Shown here one piece after another: positions 1 through 9,580 of a stretch of 64,000 bases of DNA. How positions within the stretch are numbered: position 1 is the stretch's first letter; the number at the start of each line of letters is the position of its first letter. The notes below the pieces were generated by a model. It worked only from the letters and a program-made list of their open reading frames with translations. It had not been told where the DNA came from and did not search any database. The position numbers and the translations under genes were made by a program. Origin of the DNA: an uncultured Candidatus Saccharibacteria bacterium (lineage in GTDB: Bacteria > Patescibacteriota > Doudnabacteria > UBA920). The stretch spans positions 122,505 to 186,504 of the forward strand of contig CAZEKH010000002.1 in NCBI GenBank assembly GCA_964512925.1, read 5' to 3'.

Positions 1-119
1 ACTAAAAATTCAAACGCTGCTTTTTCATACCCCCCTCTCTTACTTTTAACCACCTCGCTGTAAACGGATTCAAAAGTACTACCTTCAGCAAGATTTCTAA
101 ATGAAATTGGTTTTTGCAT
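1..119 (-). CDS. Possible 5' end of a gene running off the window (MQKPISFRNLAEGSTFESVYSEVVKSKRGG...)
   Basis: Open frame on the minus strand from an ATG at 117-119 to the window edge, directly downstream of pyk on the same strand. No clear SD and no recognisable family. Confidence 0.2.
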   Translation of the reverse strand, partial: MQKPISFRNLAEGSTFESVYSEVVKSKRGGYEKAAFEFL

Positions 120-142
120 AATTTTCTGCAATATAAACAATT

Positions 143-1552
143 CTAAACCGTTCTGACTTCCAAAAGGTTCAGGTTTTCTTTTAGTCCCAAAGGCTCTCCG
201 GTGACTATAACCACTTTGTCGCCTTTTTTAGCGAATTTTTTTTCTTTGACAGTTTTTACCATACTGTCCATTAGCTCTTCCAAGTTCACCAGTTGCGGCA
301 TTAAAAATGCGTTAACACCCCAGATCATTGCCATCTGGCGCACGGTTTTTTGGATAGGCGAAAGCATTACCAAATTGGCATAGTAAGGCCGTTCGTGAGC
401 TACTTCTCTGGCGGTAAAGCCCGAGTCTGTGGCGCCGATGATAGCTTTGGCATCTATGTGTTTACCCAAATCAAACGCGCCTTCAGCCACTGCTTCGTTT
501 TTACTCACAATTTTGTTTTTTAAATGCTGATGTTTAGGCAAAAAGTCGGACTTTTCAGTTTGCTGGATAATCCGGTTCATCTCGGAAACCACTTTAACCG
601 GAAACTTGCCAAAAGCCGTTTCCCCGGAAAGCATTACGCAGTCTGTTTGGTCTATAACCGCATTGGCCACATCGGAAACCTCGGCCCGAGTGGGCCTTGG
701 GTTTCTTATCATACTGTCAAGCATTTGCGTTGCCACTATGACCGGCTTGGCCGCGGCTAAACATTTTTGAATTATTTCTTTTTGCACTATAGGCACTTCC
801 GCCTCCGGGATCTCCACGCCCAAATCCCCGCGCGCCACCATCACAGCGTCCGCTTCTTTTAAGATACTGTCAAAATTCTTCACTGCCTCGGGTTTTTCTA
901 TTTTGGCGATGATTCTTGGCGGAGTCAGATTTTTTGGATTGTATTGCTTGATGAGTTTTTTTAGATTCTGCACATCTTTTTTGTTCCGCACAAAAGACAG
1001 GGCGATATAGTCCACATCCTGCTTTAAACCAAATTTAAGATCGTCTATGTCTTTCTCGCCCAAAATCGGGATTTTAAGTTCAGTCCTCGGTAAATTTACA
1101 CCCTTATGCGACTGGATTTTACCCGGAGACAAAGCAATACAGTAAACCAACTTGCCAAAAACTTTTTGTACCTCTAGTTCTATAAGCCCGTCTTCTATAA
1201 GTATACGCTGCTTTGGTTTGATGGATTTTTTTACGTCCAAATCCAAATCAAAATCCTGCCCAATAATTACTTTTTGCCCGACTTTTACGTCGAGTGGCTG
1301 CTTCATCTCGTGCACCCGGATTTTGGGGCCGTGCAAATCCTGGATGATAGCGATATTTTCACCGGTCTTTTTCGCCACTGTGCGGATGTTTTTTATGAGT
1401 AAAGCGTGGTTTTCGTGGTCGCCGTGGCTGAAGTTAAGTCTGGCTACATTCATCCCATTTTTCACCATTTCCGTCAAAATCTTCACACTTTCCGAAGCCG
1501 GTCCAATGGTGCATATTATTTTGGTTTTCTTTCCAGTTGGCATATTTATCAT
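143..1552 (-). CDS. pyk: Pyruvate kinase
   Basis: 469-aa ORF. The N-terminus (KTKIICTIGPAS...NVARLNFSHGDHE) and the MVARGDLGVEIP motif are typical of pyruvate kinase. Confidence 0.9.
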   Translation of the reverse strand: MINMPTGKKTKIICTIGPASESVKILTEMVKNGMNVARLNFSHGDHENHALLIKNIRTVAKKTGENIAIIQDLHGPKIRVHEMKQPLDVKVGQKVIIGQDFDLDLDVKKSIKPKQRILIEDGLIELEVQKVFGKLVYCIALSPGKIQSHKGVNLPRTELKIPILGEKDIDDLKFGLKQDVDYIALSFVRNKKDVQNLKKLIKQYNPKNLTPPRIIAKIEKPEAVKNFDSILKEADAVMVARGDLGVEIPEAEVPIVQKEIIQKCLAAAKPVIVATQMLDSMIRNPRPTRAEVSDVANAVIDQTDCVMLSGETAFGKFPVKVVSEMNRIIQQTEKSDFLPKHQHLKNKIVSKNEAVAEGAFDLGKHIDAKAIIGATDSGFTAREVAHERPYYANLVMLSPIQKTVRQMAMIWGVNAFLMPQLVNLEELMDSMVKTVKEKKFAKKGDKVVIVTGEPLGLKENLNLLEVRTV

Positions 1553-1607
1553 TCAAAAGGCTATTTTATATAGTTAAATATTAGCATTTTTTTAAAATTT
1601 TGACCAT

Positions 1608-1640
1608 AAAAAAAGGGCGACTTGCTTTCACAAGCCGCCC
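1608..1640 (-). terminator. Rho-independent terminator for ORF 1663..2292
   Basis: GC hairpin gggcgacttg/caagccgccc, followed on the minus strand by a T-run. Confidence 0.6.
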
Positions 1641-1662
1641 CGCCGCCTGACGACGGCTCAGG

Positions 1663-2292
1663 CTATCTTTCCGTCACCAGGATCGATTCCTTCAAGCCCC
1701 ACTGATACCCCTTGATAGGCACAACCCTGAACAAAGTGTTCCCATTGTCAGAGAAATATAGGTAGGCGATATTCCACGCCCCTTCTATTAGAACCAGGGT
1801 GCACAACCACTCCCTTCCTCTGCTGCTGCTGAAACGCGAAGGCCACGCGTTCAGATAGCGGAGCAAAAAAATCGGGTGTACAGGCTTTCGTTCGCCCAAC
1901 TGGGCGAATATAGGCTGTGGCGTCTCATACCTCACCACGTCGGTATGGCAAATTGGAGCTTCTGCCACTTTCACGGGCAGAAGTGACCCACCAAAGGCGG
2001 GAATTTTCTCCACCAACGATATATCTTCTTGTGAGACATGAACCCATGGAATTTCAAGCAACTCCGACCAGGCTGTCACCGATCTTTTACCGCTCAAAAT
2101 GAGGGAATTAATCCCTACAGAACTCCCGACGTCAGCAACCAATCTTGTTCGCATGGCTGCGAGTGTTTTTTGAACGGTTTCGGGATTCTTCAAAAACTCT
2201 GCGAAATCCTCTTCCGTGAGACCGGAAGTGGTGAAAACCTTGCGTAATCGCGCCAAGAGTTCATTCACCTGTGTAGTAGTGACTCTACCCAT
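1663..2292 (-). CDS. Hypothetical protein; GC-rich orphan gene with its own RBS and terminator
   Basis: 209-aa ORF with a strong SD (GGGAGG, 6 nt before the ATG) and its own terminator. GC is about 50%, against roughly 38% in the flanks. No family recognised. Confidence 0.5.
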   Translation of the reverse strand: MGRVTTTQVNELLARLRKVFTTSGLTEEDFAEFLKNPETVQKTLAAMRTRLVADVGSSVGINSLILSGKRSVTAWSELLEIPWVHVSQEDISLVEKIPAFGGSLLPVKVAEAPICHTDVVRYETPQPIFAQLGERKPVHPIFLLRYLNAWPSRFSSSRGREWLCTLVLIEGAWNIAYLYFSDNGNTLFRVVPIKGYQWGLKESILVTER

Positions 2293-2463
2293 TGTATCCT
2301 CCCTTAGGATAAGCTTGTTTTAGGCAAGCTACTTGGCTGTCTTCAGCCGAGCGGTAAAACAAAAAAACTTTTACGTCTTACCGCTTGGCTTAAAATTTAA
2401 ACTTTAATATACCATCCTAAACACAAAATGTCAATGATTTTAGTGGCGTGGTATAATATAATT

Positions 2464-3720
2464 ATGAATATCAAATCCATTTTCGCCAGAGAAATACTAG
2501 CCTCAGGAGGAGAGCCGTCTTTGGAAGTGACTGTAACTCTGGACGACGGGTCAATAGGCGAAGCTTCGGTTTCTTACGGCGCTTCTGCTGGAAGCAAGGA
2601 AGCTTTTGTTTTGCTGGATCAGGATTCCGCACGCTTTCACGGCAACGGTATGCTTAAAGCAGTTGCCAATGTCAATGAAAAAATCGCCCCCCTACTTTTA
2701 GGCAAAGATTCATTGGATCAGCGTGCTGTTGATAAAATCATGATAGAAGCCGACGGCACGGAAAACAAATCCAACTTCGGCGCCAACGCCATCCTCGGCG
2801 TTTCCATGGCTGTGTGCCGCGCCGCAGCTAACTCCCAAAAACTTCCCTTGTACCGGTATCTACAACAAATCTTCAATCTTCAATCTTCAATCTTAAATTT
2901 GCCCCTCCCTATGGTCGTAATGATCGAAGGCGGCAAACACGCCTTTAACTCCACAGACCTTCAGGAATATTTGGTTACCAGCCTGCGCTCTGATCTACCA
3001 GCAAAAGAGAACATCCGAATGCAGATGGAAACATACCAAACTCTAAAAGGCCTCATAAAGTCTTTGGGTTTTTCTACCAATGTAGGAAACGAAGGAGCTT
3101 TTGCGCCCGAACACATCTCCAGCAACGAAAAGCCTTTGCATTTTTTAACCGAAGCCATCAAGCAGGCAGGTTTTGAGCCGGGCAAAGACCTGGGGCTGTC
3201 TTTGGATGCCGCGGCTTCCGAGTTTTACTTAAACGACAGATATGAGCTGAAAAAAGACGATCAAATTTTAAACAGCGGCCAGATGATAGAAAAAGTTACC
3301 TCCTGGTTTAAACAGTACCCCATAGTTTCCGCTGAAGACTGCTTGTCCGAATTTGACTGGGGCGCCTGGCCTGCCCTCTTACAGCAAGCTGGTAATGTAC
3401 TAATAGTCGGAGACGACCTGACTGTTACCAACTCAAAGCTCCTGCAAAAAGCAATAGACACACGCTCTATCAACGCAATTTTGATTAAATTAAATCAAGC
3501 CGGAACAGTGACTGAAACAGTAGACACCTGCATACTCGCAAATAAACACAACTTAACCACCGTCCCCTCCCACCGCGGCGGCGGAGAAACCAACGACACT
3601 TTTTTGGTGGACTTAGCAGTAGCTGTAGGAAGCCGGTGGATCAAAGTCGGACCTACAAGAGGCGAAAGAGTCTGCAAATACAACAGACTTATGAGGATAG
3701 AAGAAGAATTAAAAAATTGA
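2464..3720 (+). CDS. eno: Enolase (phosphopyruvate hydratase)
   Basis: The N-terminus (IKSIFAREILASGGEPSLEV) and C-terminal motifs are typical of enolase. The start was moved to the internal ATG at 2464, which gives a ~418-aa product. Confidence 0.9.
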   Translation: MNIKSIFAREILASGGEPSLEVTVTLDDGSIGEASVSYGASAGSKEAFVLLDQDSARFHGNGMLKAVANVNEKIAPLLLGKDSLDQRAVDKIMIEADGTENKSNFGANAILGVSMAVCRAAANSQKLPLYRYLQQIFNLQSSILNLPLPMVVMIEGGKHAFNSTDLQEYLVTSLRSDLPAKENIRMQMETYQTLKGLIKSLGFSTNVGNEGAFAPEHISSNEKPLHFLTEAIKQAGFEPGKDLGLSLDAAASEFYLNDRYELKKDDQILNSGQMIEKVTSWFKQYPIVSAEDCLSEFDWGAWPALLQQAGNVLIVGDDLTVTNSKLLQKAIDTRSINAILIKLNQAGTVTETVDTCILANKHNLTTVPSHRGGGETNDTFLVDLAVAVGSRWIKVGPTRGERVCKYNRLMRIEEELKN

Positions 3721-3753
3721 GCAAAATTTCAAAATTGCCTTCAATCAGTTATT

Positions 3754-3792
3754 TCCCTCCCCTTCTGAGGGGAGGGATAAAGGGAGAGGTTG
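3754..3792. repeat. GC-rich palindromic element, copy A (CCCTCCCC-ttctga-GGGGAGGG ... AGGGAGAGGTTG), intergenic
   Basis: A perfect hairpin plus the conserved GGGAGAGGTTG tail. Same family as the copies at 7387, 40077 and 41106. Confidence 0.7.
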
Positions 3793-3891
3793 TAGCCACA
3801 TTCGCAATCATTTGTAAATTCGTTTAATTCGCAAATTTTATAAATTATTTCAAACTTAGTAATATTTGTGGATTAGTAATTTGTGCATAAT

Positions 3892-4899
3892 ATGAAAATT
3901 ATTTTTTACGAATCAACGCCTGAAGACGAAAACTCGTTTCGCGATATTTTTAAAAGCATCGAAGGCTTGGAAATGGTCTTTTGTTCGGACGTTTTGTCGG
4001 ATAAAAACATCTCTTTGGCCAAAGACTGTAGCGCGGTTTCAGTCTTCATCGGCTCCAAAGTTACAGCAGAGCTGATTAGCCAACTACCTAACACAAAAAT
4101 CATAACCACCCGCTCAACAGGCTATGACCACATAGATAAAGACGCTGCCAAACAAAAAAATATCGTGGTTTGCAATGTTCCAGCCTACGGCTCAAGGACA
4201 GTGGCGGAATTTACTTTTGCTCTCATACTCGGACTTTCCCGCAAAGCTTTTCTAGCCTACCGACAGCTAAAAGACCAGCATAATTTTGACATTTCCCATT
4301 TTGAAGGCTTTAACCTCCAGGGTAAAACCCTGGGTGTGGTTGGCACGGGCAGGATTGGTCAAAATGTGATCAAAATAGCCAAAGGCTTTGAGATGAATGT
4401 CCTGGGCTTTGACCTGTTTCCAAAAAACGAGCTTGAAACTTCTTTAGGTTTTAAATATTCATCTCTAAACGAACTGCTCGCAGGCTCAGACATCATCACC
4501 CTGCACGTTCCATATACCAAAGATACGCACCATCTGATCAACTCCACCAACATCAAATCCGTCAAACCCGGCGCTTTACTCATCAACACGGCCCGCGGCG
4601 AAGTAGTCGAAACGGACGCTTTACTTTATGCGCTCAAACATAAAATCCTGTCCGGGGCGGGGCTGGATGTTTTGGAAGGCGAACGAGAACTCAAGGACGA
4701 AATGGCTTCCATCCTTCAGGAAAATGTTGCCAATGTAAAAATCTTGCTTGAAGACCATATGCTGATGGACGATTCCAATGTGGCCCTCACCCCGCATATC
4801 GCTTTTTTTACCAAGGAAGCCAAAAAAGAAATCTGCCAAACCACGGCAGACAACATTGCAAATTTTTTCAAAAACCAACCGCAAAATTTAGTCGCTTAA
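3892..4899 (+). CDS. D-isomer-specific 2-hydroxyacid dehydrogenase (D-lactate/glycerate dehydrogenase-like)
   Basis: NAD-binding motif GVVGTGRIGQ and the catalytic region are typical of the family. The ATG at 3892 is preferred over the upstream GTG. Confidence 0.8.
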   Translation: MKIIFYESTPEDENSFRDIFKSIEGLEMVFCSDVLSDKNISLAKDCSAVSVFIGSKVTAELISQLPNTKIITTRSTGYDHIDKDAAKQKNIVVCNVPAYGSRTVAEFTFALILGLSRKAFLAYRQLKDQHNFDISHFEGFNLQGKTLGVVGTGRIGQNVIKIAKGFEMNVLGFDLFPKNELETSLGFKYSSLNELLAGSDIITLHVPYTKDTHHLINSTNIKSVKPGALLINTARGEVVETDALLYALKHKILSGAGLDVLEGERELKDEMASILQENVANVKILLEDHMLMDDSNVALTPHIAFFTKEAKKEICQTTADNIANFFKNQPQNLVA

Positions 4900-4903
4900 A
4901 AAA

Positions 4904-4937
4904 GAAGGGCACCCTCTATACAAAGAGGGTGCCCTTC
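4904..4937. repeat. Perfect 14-bp-stem GC hairpin (gaagggcaccctct/agagggtgcccttc); REP-like rather than a sense terminator
   Basis: The T-run follows the hairpin only on the minus strand, whereas both flanking genes are on plus. It shares the GAGGGTGCCC core with the CCCTCCCC elements. Confidence 0.6.
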
Positions 4938-4948
4938 TGGCAAAAAAG

Positions 4949-6220
4949 ATGCAAACACACAAAATCAAAAATTTTAACCGCTTATCAATAACACCGGAAA
5001 GAAAAACCCTTTTAAAGCTGGCTGAGACCGCGCTTTTGGCCATTGATACCGAATCAGCGGTTAAAAAAAATGTCAGCCTGAAAAATGGTATTTTAAAAAT
5101 CGGCAAAAAACAATTTACCCTCTCGCACATTGACCGGGTATTTGTCATAGGATTTGGCAAGTCATCAAGCTCAGCGGCTTTGGCATTGGAACAAATTTTG
5201 CAAAACTATATCACTGACGGCGTTGTGGTGTCCTTGGAAAAAGCCCCTTGCAAAATCATCAGGTGCTACGAAGGCACCCACCCTTTGCCGTCTATGCAAA
5301 ATGTGGTTGCTGCCGAGGAAATGGCAAAAATGACTTCCGATCTAACAAAAAAAGACCTGGTCATTAACCTAATCTCCGGCGGAGGCAGCGCTCTTTTGTG
5401 CTGGGACAAAGAGGAACTTTTAGCCTGCACCAAAGCATACAATGACTTTTTAACTGTCGGGCAAAACATCAACGAGCTAAACTTGGTCAGAAAGCATCTA
5501 TCCAAAGCCAAAGGCGGAGGTTTGGCGCAGATGCTCTATCCTGCCAATGTCATCAGCCTAATTTTTTCCGATGTGCCGGGAAATCATTTTCCGTCCGTTG
5601 CTTCCGGCCCCACCTATCCCCCTACCACAAATATGTACGAGGCTAAAACCATACTGGAAAAATACGGCTTTTCGGGATATAAACTCCTGCCGCACCCGGA
5701 TGATAAAAACTATTTTAAAAATGTCTATAACTATCCCGTAGTTTCCAATCTCACGGCTCTGGATAAGATGAAAGAAAAGGCCGAGGAATTGGGTTTTTCA
5801 GTGAAAATTTTAACTGACGAATTTTATGGTCAAGCAGAAGAGCTTTTAGAGCTGATAAGAAAAAACGCCAAAAAAAATACCGTGCTTTTAGCCGGCACTG
5901 AAATAAAAGTGGTGGTCACAAAAAAAGACGGCAACGGCGGCAGGTGCCAATACTTAGGAATGGCGGCTTTATGTGATTTTCTACAAGACGGAGAAACACT
6001 GCTGTCTCTGGCAACCGACGGACTGGATAATTCCGACTGCGCCGGAGTTATCGTTGACCACGGTTCCTATAAACGCGCCGAAAACCTAAAACTTAGTCCT
6101 AAAGACTATTTAGAAAATTTTAAAGGCTATGACTTTTTTGAAGCGTTGGGCTCAGAACAAATCTTCACCGGGCCTACCGGCGCCAATGTGTCAGACCTTT
6201 TGATATTTTTTAAAAGTTAA
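4949..6220 (+). CDS. Glycerate 2-kinase (MOFRL/DUF4147 family)
   Basis: 423 aa. The overall architecture and the GGGSALL motif match hydroxypyruvate-reductase-type glycerate kinases. Confidence 0.75.
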   Translation: MQTHKIKNFNRLSITPERKTLLKLAETALLAIDTESAVKKNVSLKNGILKIGKKQFTLSHIDRVFVIGFGKSSSSAALALEQILQNYITDGVVVSLEKAPCKIIRCYEGTHPLPSMQNVVAAEEMAKMTSDLTKKDLVINLISGGGSALLCWDKEELLACTKAYNDFLTVGQNINELNLVRKHLSKAKGGGLAQMLYPANVISLIFSDVPGNHFPSVASGPTYPPTTNMYEAKTILEKYGFSGYKLLPHPDDKNYFKNVYNYPVVSNLTALDKMKEKAEELGFSVKILTDEFYGQAEELLELIRKNAKKNTVLLAGTEIKVVVTKKDGNGGRCQYLGMAALCDFLQDGETLLSLATDGLDNSDCAGVIVDHGSYKRAENLKLSPKDYLENFKGYDFFEALGSEQIFTGPTGANVSDLLIFFKS

Positions 6221-6299
6221 CCCACTTGTCATTGCGGAAAGCCTCAACGACCTGTCCGCCATAGCTTTAAGCGAAGGGAGGAAGCAATCTCAATAAATG

Positions 6300-7655
6300 C
6301 TAAAACAGCGAAACTTGCAAAGGTTTTTTTAAAAATTTCTCCCGTTCTTTTTCTGAAAATATTTCAATTTTTCCAAACTGTCCATCATACCCGCCTTCCA
6401 CCTTCACCTTTCCGCTTCTTACTCGCAAAATTGCTTCAGCCACTGCCTCGTTTGAAATCTGAATAATTTGTTCCTTATTTAAATCCAACAAAATCTGAAA
6501 TTCACTAACTCGCTCACTCTCTAACTCTCTACTTCTCTCTCCCAGCATTTGTTCATAGAACGATGTAACTTTTTTGCTTTGCACTCCCACTCCATATACT
6601 TCAGCTATTATCTCTTCCAAAGGGATCACGTTTTTAAAAGGCACCGCACGCTTTGGCACAAAACCATATTGACGTGTAGCCAGTTCTTCAACTCTGCTCA
6701 AAACTCCGACAAGGAGTTTTTTTCCGCAAACCGGGCACAAGCCGCCCAGTTTTTTTGTTTTAGGCGGCAAACAAGAAAATTTACAATCCCGATGCCCATC
6801 CAAATGGTATTTTCCTTCTTCCGGAAAAAATTCCAAAGTATATAAAAATTCTTTCGGATTTTTATTTTTTATAATGCGGACGATTTCTGCATAAGACAGT
6901 TTTTTCTCATCTATTTCAAACACATTGGCTTCACGGCCAATCTTTCGAAGCGAATGGGCATCGCTGTTGGAAACCAAAGAGTATTTATCCAGTTCCGCTA
7001 TCTGCCAATTCATTTTCGGGTCACTGGAAAGTCCGGTTTCTATGGCAAAAATATGTTTAGCCTCCGTGCCAAAAGCTTCCTCAATGGTATTAAATCCAGA
7101 CAGCGAACCAAACACGCCAAAATGCGGAGTCCAGGCGTGGGCTGGTATTACTTCCGCATTTTCATCCGCTTCTTTAACTATTTTTACCAGGTCATCACAA
7201 TGCACACCCATTATAGGCCGGCCGTCGCTTTTCAAATTTGCCCCAACTTTTTCCAGGCCTTTGATAATTTTATCCGCCGCTTCAAATGACGGAACCAAAA
7301 TCATATTGTGCACCCTTCTAACCTTGTCTCCCTGTTTGTAGATCGAGGACACCTCCCCTGTGATCATAAAAAGCGCCTGTATTTTACCCTCCCCTGACGA
7401 GGGGAGGGTGCCCCGATGGACATCGGGGCGGGAGAGGTTGGGGGGGAGTTTTGTTTTCAATCTATATAACCCTTCCCTCTCTTCCTCCAAATGTTCTTTC
7501 AATTCCAAAAGCCATTTCGGATGTGTAAAATCGCCAGTACCAATGACTGAAATCCCCTTCTTCTCAGCCCATAAAGCAATGTTAGGTGGAGTTAAATCAT
7601 GACTGCAAGCCCGAGAGTATTTACTATGAATTTGTAAATCCGCGATGATTCTCAT
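6300..7655 (-). CDS. PHP-domain protein with Zn-ribbon, endonuclease Q-like; carries an in-frame palindromic insertion
   Basis: N-terminal PHP motif (IADLQIHSKYS...AHAWTPHFG) and a CPVCGKK zinc ribbon. Residues PDVHRGTLPSSGEGK are encoded by element copy B. Confidence 0.6.
   Translation of the reverse strand: MRIIADLQIHSKYSRACSHDLTPPNIALWAEKKGISVIGTGDFTHPKWLLELKEHLEEEREGLYRLKTKLPPNLSRPDVHRGTLPSSGEGKIQALFMITGEVSSIYKQGDKVRRVHNMILVPSFEAADKIIKGLEKVGANLKSDGRPIMGVHCDDLVKIVKEADENAEVIPAHAWTPHFGVFGSLSGFNTIEEAFGTEAKHIFAIETGLSSDPKMNWQIAELDKYSLVSNSDAHSLRKIGREANVFEIDEKKLSYAEIVRIIKNKNPKEFLYTLEFFPEEGKYHLDGHRDCKFSCLPPKTKKLGGLCPVCGKKLLVGVLSRVEELATRQYGFVPKRAVPFKNVIPLEEIIAEVYGVGVQSKKVTSFYEQMLGERSRELESERVSEFQILLDLNKEQIIQISNEAVAEAILRVRSGKVKVEGGYDGQFGKIEIFSEKEREKFLKKPLQVSLF
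7387..7448. repeat. GC-rich dual-hairpin palindromic element, copy B, inside the CDS
   Basis: ccctcccct-gacg-aggggaggg tg ccccgatg-gac-catcgggg cgggagaggttg. The reading frame stays open through the element. Confidence 0.7.
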
Positions 7656-7766
7656 AATTTTCTACTAAATACGAAAGGAACGAAATACTAAATTATTCCT
7701 TTTCGTACTTTAGTTTTTTAGTATTTAGTAGTTCTATTATATCATTTAATGTGATAAAATAGAGGT

Positions 7767-8543
7767 ATGAACAACTCACAATATTTAAAAGTCGCCATCT
7801 CATCGGTTAAGCAAAACAGCGCTTTGTTTAAAAAATATTTTGGCAACATCAAATCTGAAAACAAAAATCATAACATTCGCGACTTTGTCACCAAAGTGGA
7901 CAAACAGATAGAAGCGAGGATTAAGTCGGTGCTTAAAAAAAACTTCCCCAGTCACAAAATTGTGGGCGAAGAATTGGGGATCGATGCGGTTTTGGAAAAT
8001 GATTTTGTTTGGATCATTGACCCAATTGACGGAACCTCTAACTACATCCACGGCTTGCCTTTTTGTTGCATCTCCCTGGCTTTATGGAAATATAACCAAC
8101 CGATCCTGGGAGTGGTATATAACCCCATTTTAGGGCAGCTATATTTTGCCGAGCAAAAACGCGGCGCTTTTTTAAACAACAAAAAAATAAAAACATCAAA
8201 TACATCGGTACTGGAAAAATCTTTCGCCGGTTTTGGCTGGGGCAGAAACAGAACAAAAGCATTAAAATATTTTCCTCAGGCAATCCATAAACTAAACAAA
8301 GTCCGGGTTCTTGGCTCAACCGCTTTGGAAATTTGCCTTGTGGCTTCTGGCGTGTATGATTTAAGGCTCGATTTTGAAGCTAAACTTTGGGACTTTGCGG
8401 CTAGCGCAGTCATCCTAAAAGAAGCCGGTGGAAAAATCACCGACATTTACGGAAAAAATATCAACCTAAATTCAATCTCCATCCTCAGTACTAACGGTAA
8501 AATCCACAACCAAATTTTAAAACAATTTAAAAAACCCTCATAA
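7767..8543 (+). CDS. suhB: Inositol monophosphatase family protein
   Basis: WIIDPIDGTSNYIHG motif and IMPase-like length. Confidence 0.8.
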   Translation: MNNSQYLKVAISSVKQNSALFKKYFGNIKSENKNHNIRDFVTKVDKQIEARIKSVLKKNFPSHKIVGEELGIDAVLENDFVWIIDPIDGTSNYIHGLPFCCISLALWKYNQPILGVVYNPILGQLYFAEQKRGAFLNNKKIKTSNTSVLEKSFAGFGWGRNRTKALKYFPQAIHKLNKVRVLGSTALEICLVASGVYDLRLDFEAKLWDFAASAVILKEAGGKITDIYGKNINLNSISILSTNGKIHNQILKQFKKPS

Positions 8544-8556
8544 GGGTTTTTTAAAT

Positions 8557-9291
8557 TTAGACCATTTTTTCCGCTACCAGCAGATCCTCCGGGCTGTTAA
8601 CCCCCAAAACTTCTTTTGGCTCAATAGGCAAACTTTCTACTTTCAAATTCTGTTTGATCGCCAGCTCCAAAAGGTCGGTTAAATAGTATTCTCCTTGGGC
8701 GTTTTTATTTTGAAGTTTGTCAATATTCTCCCATAGCCATTTGGTTTGAAACATATAAATGCCCGGGTTAACCTCGCGGATTTGCTTTTCAGTTTCGGAA
8801 CAATCTTTGTATTCCGTAATTTTTTTTATCTTCCCCTCCCCATCCCGGACGATCCTGCCATAATTCTTCAAGGAAGAAAAATGCTGGTCAAAATTTTCAG
8901 GCTTTGCCGTAAACATTGTGATGATATTTTTTTCTTGGATATGTTTCTTGATCAGCTTTTTAAGGCTAGGAGCGGAGATGAACGGCATATCGCCATATAA
9001 AACCAAAACATTCTCGGCTTTCACTTTGTATTTTGCCGCCTTAACCGCGCTGCCTGTCCCTAGCTGTTTTTCCTGCACAGCATAAGTATATTTTTCGCCT
9101 AAAAACTGCCTGACCAGCTCTTTTTTATAACCCACCACCAAAACCGGCTGAGCTGTTAGCTCAATCTTTTGAACTTCTTCCAATAAATACAAAATCAAAG
9201 GCTTGTCTTTTACCGAAATTAAAACCTTAGGAAGTTGCCCTCCCATTCTTTTACCCTGCCCCGCCGCAAGAATAACAATTTGATTGGTCAT
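8557..9291 (-). CDS. Sugar-1-phosphate nucleotidyltransferase, GlmU N-terminal (uridyltransferase) domain only
   Basis: ILAAGQGKRMGGQLPKVL and GEYYLTDL match the GlmU pyrophosphorylase domain. No LbH acetyltransferase repeats are present. Confidence 0.7.
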   Translation of the reverse strand: MTNQIVILAAGQGKRMGGQLPKVLISVKDKPLILYLLEEVQKIELTAQPVLVVGYKKELVRQFLGEKYTYAVQEKQLGTGSAVKAAKYKVKAENVLVLYGDMPFISAPSLKKLIKKHIQEKNIITMFTAKPENFDQHFSSLKNYGRIVRDGEGKIKKITEYKDCSETEKQIREVNPGIYMFQTKWLWENIDKLQNKNAQGEYYLTDLLELAIKQNLKVESLPIEPKEVLGVNSPEDLLVAEKMV

Positions 9292-9302
9292 AGTAGTTTT
9301 CG

Positions 9303-9340
9303 CAAATATACAAATAGATTCAAATATACAAATTTTAATC
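9303..9340. repeat. Left arm of an inverted repeat (two 13-mers CAAATATACAAAT separated by 5 nt)
   Basis: Reverse-complementary to 9548..9580. Together they bracket a ~205-bp segment carrying a gene fragment. Confidence 0.6.
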
Positions 9341-9355
9341 CTTATTGTTTTGATT

Positions 9356-9546
9356 TAATATTCTTCTAAATTTAAATATAATTCTCTAATAAACTTAAGT
9401 TTTAAAGCTTTTAACTCTTCCGCAAAAGCAGCTTGAATATATTTTTCGGCATGCCAAACCCGACATTATTAAAAACTTTAAAAGCAGCTCCCACAATCTT
9501 ATGGCTTAATTCTTTGTAGATATACTTGTCAGTCATGATTTGTATA
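9356..9546 (-). pseudogene. Frameshifted, truncated GxxExxY-family (PD-(D/E)XK-like) gene fragment
   Basis: MTDKYIYKELSHKIVGAAFKVFNNVGFGMP, then after a 1-nt shift AAFAEELKALKLKF, matches the conserved N-terminus of GxxExxY proteins. Only about 60 codons remain. Confidence 0.4.
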
Positions 9547-9547
9547 T

Positions 9548-9580
9548 TTGTTCAAATTTGTATATTTGGGATTACTACAT
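9548..9580. repeat. Right arm of the inverted repeat (ATTTGTATATTTG x2)
   Basis: Reverse complement of 9303..9340. Confidence 0.6.

Noticed and set aside
2861-2900. Possible CRISPR-like array (the short CTTCAAT repeats)
   Set aside because: 7-bp units without spacers, inside the enolase ORF, and no cas genes. It is a microsatellite, not a CRISPR array.
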